DNA of 64,000 bases from Azolla caroliniana (lineage: Eukaryota > Plantae > Polypodiophyta): contig JBHGNT010000011.1 in NCBI GenBank assembly GCA_043228905.1, positions 11,408,001 through 11,472,000 on the forward strand, in the 5' to 3' direction. Each line of letters opens with the position of its first letter. The stretch's first letter is position 1. Made by a program: the position numbers and the translations under genes. The notes under the pieces were generated by a model. It did no database searches. It was given only the letters and a program-made list of their open reading frames with translations, and was not told the DNA's origin. This document shows, piece after piece, positions 22,878 to 33,637 of this stretch.

Positions 22878-24805
22878 TGTCAAGATTCGAACTCTTGACA
22901 TGACCAAGTTATAATCGAGTGTTATGTGTTAACCACACATCTAACATATAATCATGTATATACTTCCTCATTGTAGGTTTTAGCTAGCATCATGTGCATA
23001 ATTTCTCCCTTGTATTATTTACACTTGGCACATGCATGCGTACCTACTGCCTACATGCTCTATTGTATCACATGTGTGCAAAATGTATGCATGCCACTTG
23101 GTATAAATAGTTGAGTTCACCTTGAAGGAATTCAAGGTGAACAACGCCAGTCATGGACATATCAATCTAGTATTCTCACTTCACCCATCTTCTCTCCTTA
23201 ATCTTCACCTCTATCTTTATGCTCTTGTGTCATTCCGTCATCGCTCCATCGTAGCCTCATCATCCGTGCTCTATCTTAGTCCGCGCTTGGTGTGTCTGTG
23301 ACAATTTGTTCACCTTCCAACTAGAAGCATCACCCGTCTCCGTCATCGACCTTGCTTCTAGAGTTACCATCGTCACCATACCATCATCAACATCGCTTCA
23401 TTTCCTATCTTCCTCGCCATTTCTATCTCCTAGTTTCTTCTCATCATTTTCATTGCCGTTTAGTTTCTCCTCATCATTGTCTCTATTTTTTAGTTTCTTT
23501 CCCATTCATGTTCATGTTCCAGTTCCCGGTGAGGGATGCACAAGGCCACTCACTCCTGTTGATGTTGGTGTTCTAGTTCTCACTCCCGTTGGTGTTCGTG
23601 TTCAAGTTCCTGGTGAGGTCCGCACAAGGTCGCTCACTCCCGTTGGTGTTCGTGTTACAGTTCCCGGTGAGGTCCGCACAAGGCCACTCACTCCCGTTGG
23701 TGTTCATGTTACAGTTCCCGGTGAGGGCCGCATGGTCGCTCACACCTGTTTGTGTTCCTGTTCCCGGTGAGGGCTGCACATGGCCACTCACTCCCATTCG
23801 TGTTCCTATTCCTAGTGAGGGCCGCATGGTTGCTCACTCCCGTTCGTGTTCCAATCTCCGGTGACAACCGCACATGATCGCTCACTCCAACTATTGTTCG
23901 TGTTCTAGATCCCAGTGAGGACCAACATGGTCGCTCATGCCTATTGTTGTTCATGTTCCAGTTCCCGGTGAGGACCACACATGGTTGATTAATCCCGTTC
24001 GTGTTCCTGTTCCCGGTGAGGACCACATGATCGCTCACTCATTCGTGTTCCATTGCTTAGTGAGGACAACATGGTCACTCAACAAGGACCGTTCCAGTTC
24101 CCGGCAAGGACCCCACATGGTCACTCATGCCCCTTGGTGTTCATGCTCCCCGTGAGGACTGCACATGGTCGCTCACACCTGTTGATATTTGTGTTCTAGT
24201 CCTACACGAGGACCACACATGGTCGCTCATGCCCATTGGTGTTAAATACCTCGTCTTGTGGAAGGGTTACTCCTTGTCTAGGATTTACAAAATACTTTTA
24301 AGGTGATCTAAGATTTTCATCAACAATATCCCCTTAAGCCGACAAACAATTTGGGAAGGCATCGTTGGAGGGGGGATAATGTCAAGATTCGAACTCTTGA
24401 CATGACCAAGTTATAATCGAGTGTTATGTGTTAACCACACATCTAACATATAATCATGTATATACTTCCTCATTGTAGGTTTTAGCTAGCATCATGTGCA
24501 TAATTTCTCCCTTGTATTATTTACACTTGGCACATGCATGCGTACCTACTGCCTACATGCTCTATTGTATCACATGTGTGCAATAGGTATGCATGCCACT
24601 TAGTATAAATAGTTGAGTTCACCTTGAAGGAATTCAAGGTGAAGAACGCCAATCATGGACATATCAATCTAGTATTCTCACTTCGCTCATCTTCTCTCCT
24701 TAATCTTCACCTCTATCTTTATGCTCTTGTGTCATTCCGCCATCGCTCCGTCGTAGCTTCATCATCCGTGCTTTATCTTAGTCCACACTTGGTGTGTCCG
24801 TGACA
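22878..24805 (+). mobile_element. TRIM-like non-coding LTR element (426-bp LTRs 22878-23303 and 24380-24805) of the chromovirus family at 43934-46356
   Basis: Two highly similar LTRs, degenerate TSD ATCGG/GTTGG, PPT GGAGGGGGGATAA and no coding domain. The LTR is homologous to the reverse complement of 43934-44281. Confidence 0.9.
23515..24240. repeat. Minisatellite, ~14 units of ~45-55 bp (core GTTCCCGGTGAGG..CACATGGTC.CTCA)
   Basis: The core recurs at 23528, 23612, 23665, 23719, 23766, 23815, 23914, 23966, 24015 and beyond. Confidence 0.85.
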
Positions 24806-26035
24806 GTTGGGACCTCAATCCGCAGATCTTTCAGCAGTTGCCAAAGCCAGATGGTTTCACAGGTGGCATTGGTAGAGCCACTGTTTAGTTGCTTTTTTCT
24901 GCTCCACACAACCGCCGCGCTACCCAAAGAAAACATGTAACTGGAGGTGGATCAGCGATCTGATGCATCACCGGCCCAATCGGCATCTGTATATCCAACT
25001 AGTGCTTCGGTTATACCATGTCGGTATAACAATCCTCGAACCTTCGTGTGCGCACTGAAGGTGCTCAATGGTCGGCTTTTGCATGAACTGGTTGATCACT
25101 CCGACCAGGTAACTAAGGTCGAGTCGAGTGATTGTCAAGTAGATCAGGCTGTCGACGATCTATCGGAACCGCTTCTCATCACAGGCCGGTCCGGAGTTGG
25201 GACAGAGCTTCTGGTTCTGGTCCAGGGGTATGGAGACAGGTCGGCACTCCGTCATACTGAACTTGTACAACATATTCAACACATAGTGTCATTGTGAGAG
25301 CAATATGTCGTCGGGGGTTCGGAGCACCTCGATCCCAAGAAAATAATGAAGGTCCCCCAAGTCCTTCATTTCAAATGCGTCCGACAGCTGGGACTTTACT
25401 CAGCCGATTTCATTGAGTCCGGGTCCGGTGATGACTAAATCATCAACATAAAGTAGGATGCAAACTGGATCGTCCGGACCTTACCGGATGAACAACGACG
25501 AGTCGAATTTAGAGGTCACAAACCCCGTCTTACGCAACCGGTGCGTGATCTTCGCATTCCAAGCTCGGGGGGCTTGTTTCAGACCATAAAGCGACTTCTT
25601 GAGCCGGCACACCGCCAACTTGTTCATCTCCGACTAAAAACCGGGAGGTTGGATCATATAGACCTGTTCTTAAAGGTCACCTTGAAGAAACGCATTCTTC
25701 ACGTCCATCTGGTGAAGATGCCACCCCCTTGCCGCAGCAACGCTAGTACCACACGAACCGTCATCATCTTCGCTACCGGAGCGAAGGTCTCGTCATAATC
25801 GATTCCCTAGGTCTATGCGTATCCCTTCGCCACTAACCGGGCCTTGTACCGGTTAACTGAACCGTCGGCATTGTACTTTACCTTGTACACCCATTTGCAA
25901 CCGATCGGTTTACAGTGTCGAGGAGGGTCAACGAGGTCCCATGTGTCGTTGGCATCTAATGCCCGCAATTCTTCCTCCATAGTGGCATGCCAATTTGCAT
26001 TCTTTGCCGCTTCTGCATAGCTCTCCAACTCATGT

Positions 26036-28033
26036 TGTCGTGAAGATTTTCGGCAATGGTGTGAAAATTGCATGGAACGTACAAAATCAAGTGTGGTTCT
26101 TCACACGAGACATGAAACAATAATAGAGAAGATACTGTTTTAGATTAGCTTAATATCTTGGTATGGAAAGATGGATGTCTTCAAGAGCTTTCGAATGATT
26201 TTTACTACATAAGAAACGGACATCTAAGTGTCAAGTTATGTGGGTATAAAGTTTTGCAAAAGTAAAAATAGAGAAAAATAAAATTGTGAAATATCCCGCA
26301 TAGATAGGAAAAGTTTAGGCTCCAGCTATATAAGCAGATTGAGATCCATCATATTTCATCTATGTCTTAAGAGCACATAAGAAATAGTTAGACTTGAGCT
26401 ACTTTTGTCTAGATGGACATATGTGGCTAAGTCGTCGAAAGTGGCTAAGTGCCAAAACTGGCCGGTGAAGAAACTCAAACCGGCTGACCGGATGCATCCA
26501 GCAATCGGTGACCAGACGCAGCCAGCAACCGGCGACGGATCTGATAACGGACGGTGAAGGCATCCGACAACCGGCGACCTCGGGATGCGGACCAAACCGG
26601 GCGAAACCGAACGAATGCAAATCGGTCGGGTCGGTTGATTGTTGTGCATGGTGTTTTAAATATATTTAGTCCAAAAGCCTAATAGTATTTTGTGCTTTAA
26701 AAAGGATGTAAGCAAAACTTGAACCTTGCACCTCCAAGATAGGAGGCAATAGACTTACCACTAGGCTATGTCATTTCCTTAAAAATGTTTTTCCTATCAT
26801 TATACTTTTCATGTAAATTCTCATATTAGAGCTTGATTGAGTGACAAGTGATGCATGAGCGCCAAATGGCAAACATGCATCACATGCATTCCATGCATTG
26901 TATGCATGTATTGTACCCTTACATGCATCACATGCATGGGAGCATCTATCAAAGGATGGATGAAAAAGATCAAGGGGATGCTAGGTAGTATTCAAGAATT
27001 TAAGAAGAAGAAAATTCGTTATCCAATTGATGTATTAATCTTGTTCTTCAAATCTAAAGTTAAGAGTTCAATCTTAATCTCTCTTTCTATTTCAATCGTT
27101 CTAAATATGTTTTAAAGTTGGAATCTTAATCTCAATCTCTCTCTTTCAATCTATCTTAAATACTTTCTCACTAAAGCTTGTGCAAACTTCGAATCCTTTG
27201 GTCCAGAACCCTGGTGGTTCCGCCTCACGATCCGCGCGTTGTCGTGAAGAATTTCGGCCAGAGGCGGAAACCGGGAAACATTGGCTACATCGGCGGGGTG
27301 CAGCGTGTGTACGCACCCATGTACATTTACTGTGAATATCGAGGGCGCCTTTATGGCGCCGAAGAGTAGTCAAGTCGGGGCAGACGATCCCATGTAAGGC
27401 GGGATTTGTCCCACATTGTAACGCATCCCTGTCCTTGTTCTATAAAAGGAAGGGAACGCCCTTTGTGAAAGGGTTGCCCATTTTGCATTAGAGGGTATAC
27501 CGTTAGGTTTAGAGTTAGGTTCTTCTTCTTCTTCTCCTTCGTGTTCGCTTAGGGTTTGCTTCAGCTCATCTCCTGCGCAAGACCCCGCTCGGCGCGACGA
27601 GCCCGTGAGCTCCCCGACCGGCGGCTTGGCAGCTGACGACTACTGTAACCTACCTTGGTCCGACTCGAAGCCGGGAATGTATTCTTGTTTATATATATAT
27701 ATTCATTTGCGTTTGTTTGTGTACATCCGCGTCTCTGTTGGTGTCGGGTGCTACCCCTGTCCTGCGTTTCTGTACATAAGGGCGTGAGTCGGGTCGGGCT
27801 GTGTATGCGTGTGTGCGCGTGTGTGTGCGTGTGTGTGCGTGAGTCGGTGTTAAGCATCTCTCACTCTCTCTCTCTCCCTTTGGTTGCTTCCGGGGTGTTT
27901 CTGGGATGCCCTAGAAACAGTGAAGCACGACTTCCTACGCTCCATCACTCCCTAGTCCAAGACCCCCACGGTCCCGCCTTTCTCCACGCACACGCGTAAC
28001 AACGCGACAACGTAGTGACGGATCTTCACAACA
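26036..28033 (+). mobile_element. Solo LTR (TGTCGTGAAGAT...ATCTTCACAACA) inserted in the Copia INT-RT linker; hosts another solo LTR
   Basis: Terminal inverted repeat. The host peptide KVTEV|RELESYAEAAK is restored on removal. Degenerate 4-bp TSD ATGT/ACAC. Confidence 0.75.
27240..28009 (+). mobile_element. Solo LTR of the 2351-3075 family
   Basis: Reverse-complement homology over the full length; flanks GCGT/ACGT (4-bp TSD, one transition). Confidence 0.88.
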
Positions 28034-30421
28034 ACACACTTCCGTCACCTTAGTCATGAACGCATAATGATGTGCCATGTAGTCATTGTACACGTACCGC
28101 ATAATGGGGTTCTTCAGGCGGGAAGACTGACGTAACTTGGTATTACCCGGTTTGGGGCCCTTCTTGGCCAGGTCGGACTTTGTTCCCAAAGATCCGCCTT
28201 CATCATTTCCGGAGTCGGATTCGCTCCAATCCGACTCAACGTTGCCGGTTTCGTATTCCGACATCTTCTTCTTCCCCTTCTCTTTGCGCGTGAACTGGCT
28301 CCTCGGTTCCTTGCACAGGGAGAGCACGGCAGAGTCTCCACTACTCGTCGGTTCCTCATCTGACTGGTTATCCCGACTCAGTCGCTCATTTGGTCCACTT
28401 AGCCGGAATGAGAACGGACTCTCTTCTAGAATGCCGAAGTCTTCATCTTCTACCTGGACCTCCTTAGGCTCACTAGCCTCATCTTCCGGAATCGAGTCTT
28501 TGTTGGGAGTTGGAGTCGGTAAGGAGTACCATGATGCGGTCTCATCAAACTCGACATCTCGGCTTACTCGAACCTGCTTAGTCTGGGGGTTATAGCACTT
28601 ATACCCCTTTTGCTCATGCGAGTAACCAACTAGAATTCACTTCTCCGACTTTGGATCCAGCTTCCTCCACTTCTCATCTGGTACGTGCACATATGCTATG
28701 CTACCGAATATCCGAAGGTGTGTCAAATTCGGCTTTCGCCCGAAATACAGCTCATGTGCTGACACTTTGTCACCGATCCGGTTTTGGATGTAGATAGCCG
28801 TCCGGACCACCTTGGCCCAGTAGAAATGGGGCATGCTCTTCTCCTCCAGCATTGCCCTTGCCACGTCGACAATCGACCGGTTCTTCCTTTCGGCCACACC
28901 GTTTTGCTCCGGTGTGTACCTGCAGCTGAATTCTCTCCGAATTCTATTCTTCTGCAGATAACTGTTGAATTGGCCGGAAAATTATTCTTTCCCGCCATCC
29001 GACCGTAGGCACTTGATCTTCCTCTCCATTTCCCGTTCAACCAAGCTTTGAAGGTTCCGGAAACACTCAAAGACTTCGCTCTTCCTCTCGATGAGGTAGA
29101 TCCACGTGTGCCGGCTGTAGTTGTTGATGAAGGAGATGAAATACCGACTCCCACCAAGACTAACGTTTTGTGTCGGTCCCCATACATCCGAATGGATTAA
29201 ATCGAGCTTGTTATGGCTCCGGTTTCGATCGGTGGGGAATGGAAGCCGGTGTTGCTTCCCGAGTTGGCAAGCTTCACAAATTTCGGCCTTCCGGCCGCTA
29301 AATTTCGGCAAACCGAAAACGACTTGTTTCGATAACAGGTCTTGAAGCCCCTGATAATTGACGTGGCCAATCCGCTTGTGCCACAGGTCGATGTCTAATT
29401 CGACCTTCTGCCCTTTCACAAACATAGTGGTGTCGACATCATTAGTGTTGAGGATGAACATCCTCCCGTCTCTACGCCCTTGTGCAATTATCCGGCCCTC
29501 TTCCTCGATGAAGCACCTACATCCCCTAGTCGACGATTTGCCCAACTGACACCAGGTTCTTTGTGATAGTCGAAACGTGTAGTACGTTCTTCAACTTCCC
29601 CTTTTGTCCGACATGGCTTAAAGGGACTTCTCCGGCATCCACAATCGGGTGAGGGGTGTCGTATCCGGTTTCGACAATCCTCGGTTGTTCCGGTTTCTCC
29701 AAAAAGGAGAACCACTCTTCATGGCTTGTCATGTGGTTGAACACTCCGGAATCAACGTATCATACTTCCTCCGATCCAGAAGTAGTCTTCTTCATCGAGT
29801 TAGCCTTGTACTTCATCACGAAGGCTGGTCCTTTACCGGTTTTGCCGGATCCGGATTTGTCTGAATCGGCGCGCTTCTTCCAACACTCGCTTTCCTTGGG
29901 GCCCTTTTTGCCACAATACCAGCATTCCGTGTTGGCCTTTCCTTGCCGGTTCCTAGTGCCGCTTTGACTCCCCCTGCTTGCGGAGGGTCGGGAACTACTG
30001 TTGGCACAACCTTTGTGCCTCCGGTCCTGCTCTTGTCAACTGCCTCCACTGCGTGCCGACCCACCCTATCCACCACGTCCATGGGGCTGATCTATCTCCG
30101 TGTACAACATCTGGTCGTCCGATTGAGTGGTCCTTGACCCACTTGCGTGGTTTTCTTCAACCATCAGCATTGATTGCAAGTCGAAGAAGGATGGTGGTTT
30201 CTCCCGGGTGCAGATCGCTGTCCGGATTGGCCAGTACCTTTGCGCTAGACCACCGAGGCAGATTTGTACCATCTCGTCTTCGTCCACTGTCACGTTGATG
30301 GACCCGAGTGCGTCACAAATCTCCTTTATCTTGGTGGTGTAGTCCGTAACTGACATGTCTCTTTGCCAGATGTTGTTCAGCTCTTGCTGGAGCTGCAACT
30401 TACGAGTTGTGGTACTTGTGG

Positions 30422-31409
30422 TGTCGTGCCTTTCGGCTCTGGATCGTTGCGTGAGTCGGGTGGGAACCACTGAGGTTTTGGACTAGGAGAAAGAAGAATA
30501 TGAGATAAGGCTTAGTAATGAATAGGTAGAAAAATAGGTAAGTTATGAATCTCGTGAATCCCACAAGTTTAGTGTATTTAATCAATATTTAGATAGTAAG
30601 AGACAATTTTGAGCACAAATTCGTGAATCCCACGAATATATTATATTAATTGGTGTTTTAGGAAATATATCCAATTTCCAAATATTCCACACACTCCATT
30701 ACATTGTGCTCCCCATCCTTATATAGTGATGAGAGAGTCTTAATAATCCATGCTTTTTCTCTAACAATAGACTATATGCTTTATCTAACATGCCTTTTTC
30801 TAAAGTGATCTTGCTTTTTCTAATCTTGATGCGTTTTTATCGATGCTACATGTGCATGTGTAGCTTTTTCTTTTATCATGCGTTTTCTTCTAACTAAAGT
30901 TTATCTTAGCGTAAACTTACCTTTCTATGTGGGACGTTTACTTTTTTATCACTAATGATATATTAGTGTAATGGTAAGGCTTTACATTATAAACATGGAG
31001 GTGCAAGGTTTAAATCTTGCCCCGTATGCATGTAATATATATTTTTATACTTTCTTCTATTTACAAATATGTCTCTTCATCCGGTGAGAGACTCTCACCG
31101 GCCTTCTTCATCCAGCTCTTGCCGGGTTTGCTTCATCCGGTTCTCACCGGTTTTCTTTATCCGGTTCTCACCAGGTCTGCTTCTTACCGGTTCTCCTTAC
31201 CGGATCCTCCTTGTCGATTCCTCCTTCATCCGGTTCTCACCGGTTCCTCCTTATCGGGTCCTCTTCGTCCGTTTCTCACCGACTCTCACCGGCCTTCTTC
31301 ATCCGATTCTTGCCGGGTACTTTTCATCCGGTTCTTATCGGCTCTCCATGTCCCATCCGGAGGGACCAAAAATGCAATTTTCACGTAGTGTGTGAATTAC
31401 ACTACGACA
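30422..31409 (-). mobile_element. 988-bp solo LTR inserted in Copia gag
   Basis: TGTCGT...ACGACA ends and flanks GTGG/GCGG. The host gag RKIFA(A/T)STTTRKLQ is restored on removal. Confidence 0.85.
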
Positions 31410-32229
31410 GCGGCGAAAATCTTTCGTAGATTTTCCCAGGCCTCCTTCGGCGTCTTGCATCCTTGATGTAGCTAAGCATTTGATCATGCACATCGGAGCG
31501 AGACAGTACAGTACCCGACTCGCTCCTTGCTCCCATACCGAGAAGTCTTTGTGTGACGGCTCCGGTGCTACTTCATTTGTTCCTTCCATGAAGCTCCAAT
31601 ATCCATGCCCTAGCAGGTACTTGTGCATTTTATATGACCAGGATGCATAGTTACTCTGGTCGAGCTTCTCTGTTGGAAGTGAACTCGTCATTCCTCTGTC
31701 CATATCTTCTCTCTATTTGTTGTTACTGGGTTCTAGGGTTCGTCTACTGAAGCAAACGTCGCCTGCAAAGGTTCTCAACCCTCGCGCTCTGATACCATGT
31801 GAATGTTAATGTGCGGAAGCGTTAGACAAAACTAGCTCAACCGAATAGCAACAGAAAATGAGATGAAGGTTTAATGGGAAAAGCTTCAAACACAAAGGAG
31901 ACAGAGAGAGCAAAACATAAAACTATATTAAAAAATTAACTCTAAAACTCTGTAAATACAACATGCTAAACAATATTTATATAAGTCCATAAAGGACTGA
32001 TAGAAGTACTGACAGGTACTTCAATGCTCACAAGTGCGACTGACAGTAACTACGAGACAATGATTGCCTAGTAGTCTAGGCTACTACTAGGCTTCCGGTT
32101 CCCTCTCTGATCCGGCTCCCCGATACGGCCAGTTGTTTCCGGATACCGATCCGGCTCATCCTTTCGGATGCCGATCTGGCTCAGGCTTATTCAGCCGATC
32201 CGGATCTAGTTGAGCTTGCTCGCTCAACA

Positions 32230-33110
32230 AACATGCATCGTTCATCGTCGCGATTCCCTCGCCAGGCCTATTTATGATTTGGTAGATAATAGACACATCA
32301 TCCATCCATACATCCATAGTATGTAAAATTAGTGTTCGTCTACCGTAACATTTGTTTTCATACGTTGGTTAACGAATGCGTATGTATTTTTCCCTTTTTT
32401 CCCCTCCTCATCTAGACATTGAAGTGACGTTGAGCACCTCTCCTCTCCAAACCAGCCTTGATTGTAATTTTTGTAATTTTTCTGTAATTTCTCTATAATT
32501 TCTGTAATTTTTCTATACTATCTAATGACCTGATCATAGGTTGGGCGATCGAGGTGTCAAAGTTGGGCGATCTCTAACAACTTTTTTTTATCACGTGTTT
32601 TTTATCCAAATCGAACGCTGCACATGGCACACGCCCTCAGCTGAGCGACATGCACCGTTCGTTGTCACGATTCCTTCACCAGACCTATTTATGATTTGGT
32701 AGCTAATAGACACATAATCTATCTATCCATCCATAGTATGTAAAATTCGTGTTCATCTGCCATAACATTCGTTTTCATACGTTAGAAAACGAATGTATAT
32801 GTTATTTAAACATTCATGTATTTTTTTTCCTTTTTTTTCCCCTTTTTCATCTACACATCTTCTCCCACCATTAATTTATGCATACCAACGAGATACCAAG
32901 TTGTCCTCCTCTCCCATTTAGGTATGTTTAGGGTTAATAATAGGGTTTAGAGTTCAAAGTTTTAAACTTTAGGTCATAGTATGTAGTAGACAAATTTCTG
33001 TAATTTTTCTACAATTTTTGTAATTTTTCTAAAATTTCTCTGTAATTTCTGTAATTTTTCTATAGTTTTTGTAATTTCTATCATTTTGAAGTAATTTTCT
33101 TAACTTTTTT
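32230..33110. repeat. Composite AT-rich modular repeat, right part (~420-bp internal duplication)
   Basis: 32230-32390 matches 32648-32810, and modules are shared with 21077-21618. Confidence 0.7.
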
Positions 33111-33360
33111 TACCTTGATAAAATATTTACCATATAGTAAATAGTTCATCCAAAAATATGGTATTACCATAGATTACCATATGTATGTATATGTGTATAT
33201 ATGTGTATGTGTGTATATGTATATGTAAACGAATGGTTTTATAATATTCTTAGGGCCATTTTGCTATTCTCGAATAACACGAATATTACGGATATAGAAT
33301 AGCACGAATATCACGCGTGGGTCAATCTTCTTGAAGGGTGTTTACAATACTCGAGTGATT

Positions 33361-33430
33361 GAAACATGGTTGAATGCGAATGCACGTATGGTACAGAAAC
33401 ATGCTTGAATGCGAATGCACGTATGGTTCA
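33361..33430 (+). repeat. 35-bp tandem duplication in the putative promoter of the PITH gene
   Basis: GAAACATGGTTGAATGCGAATGCACGTATGGTACA / GAAACATGCTTGAATGCGAATGCACGTATGGTTCA, followed by (ATCC)n, (AC)n and (CT)n tracts before the ATG. Confidence 0.8.
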
Positions 33431-33590
33431 TACTATGCATCCATCCATCCATTCATTCGTTCATGTATCAATCCATCCATCCATTGAGCTGAGGAAACAC
33501 ACACACACACACACACACACAGAGCGCGTAGTTTTCTTGCCTCCAAGGTGAACATTTTACGGAAGTCAATCACAGTTTTCTTCGCTTTGC

Positions 33591-33624
<34 letters not shown>

Positions 33625-33637
33625 CTGACTTTCAACC

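Larger units (their letters stand above)
21619..32229 (-). mobile_element. Older Ty1/Copia element with four nested insertions
   Basis: LTRs 21619-22017 and 31798-32229, TSD AACAT, PBS-Met at 31786-31797, PPT at 22018-22028. Decayed gag (KLDQSNYASW), integrase (LIHSDVWGP), RT (CKWVYKVK..YKARLVAKG) and RNaseH (QIADIFTK). Confidence 0.93.

Noticed and set aside
23515-24240. CRISPR-like array
   Set aside because: Head-to-tail minisatellite without unique spacers, between two LTRs.
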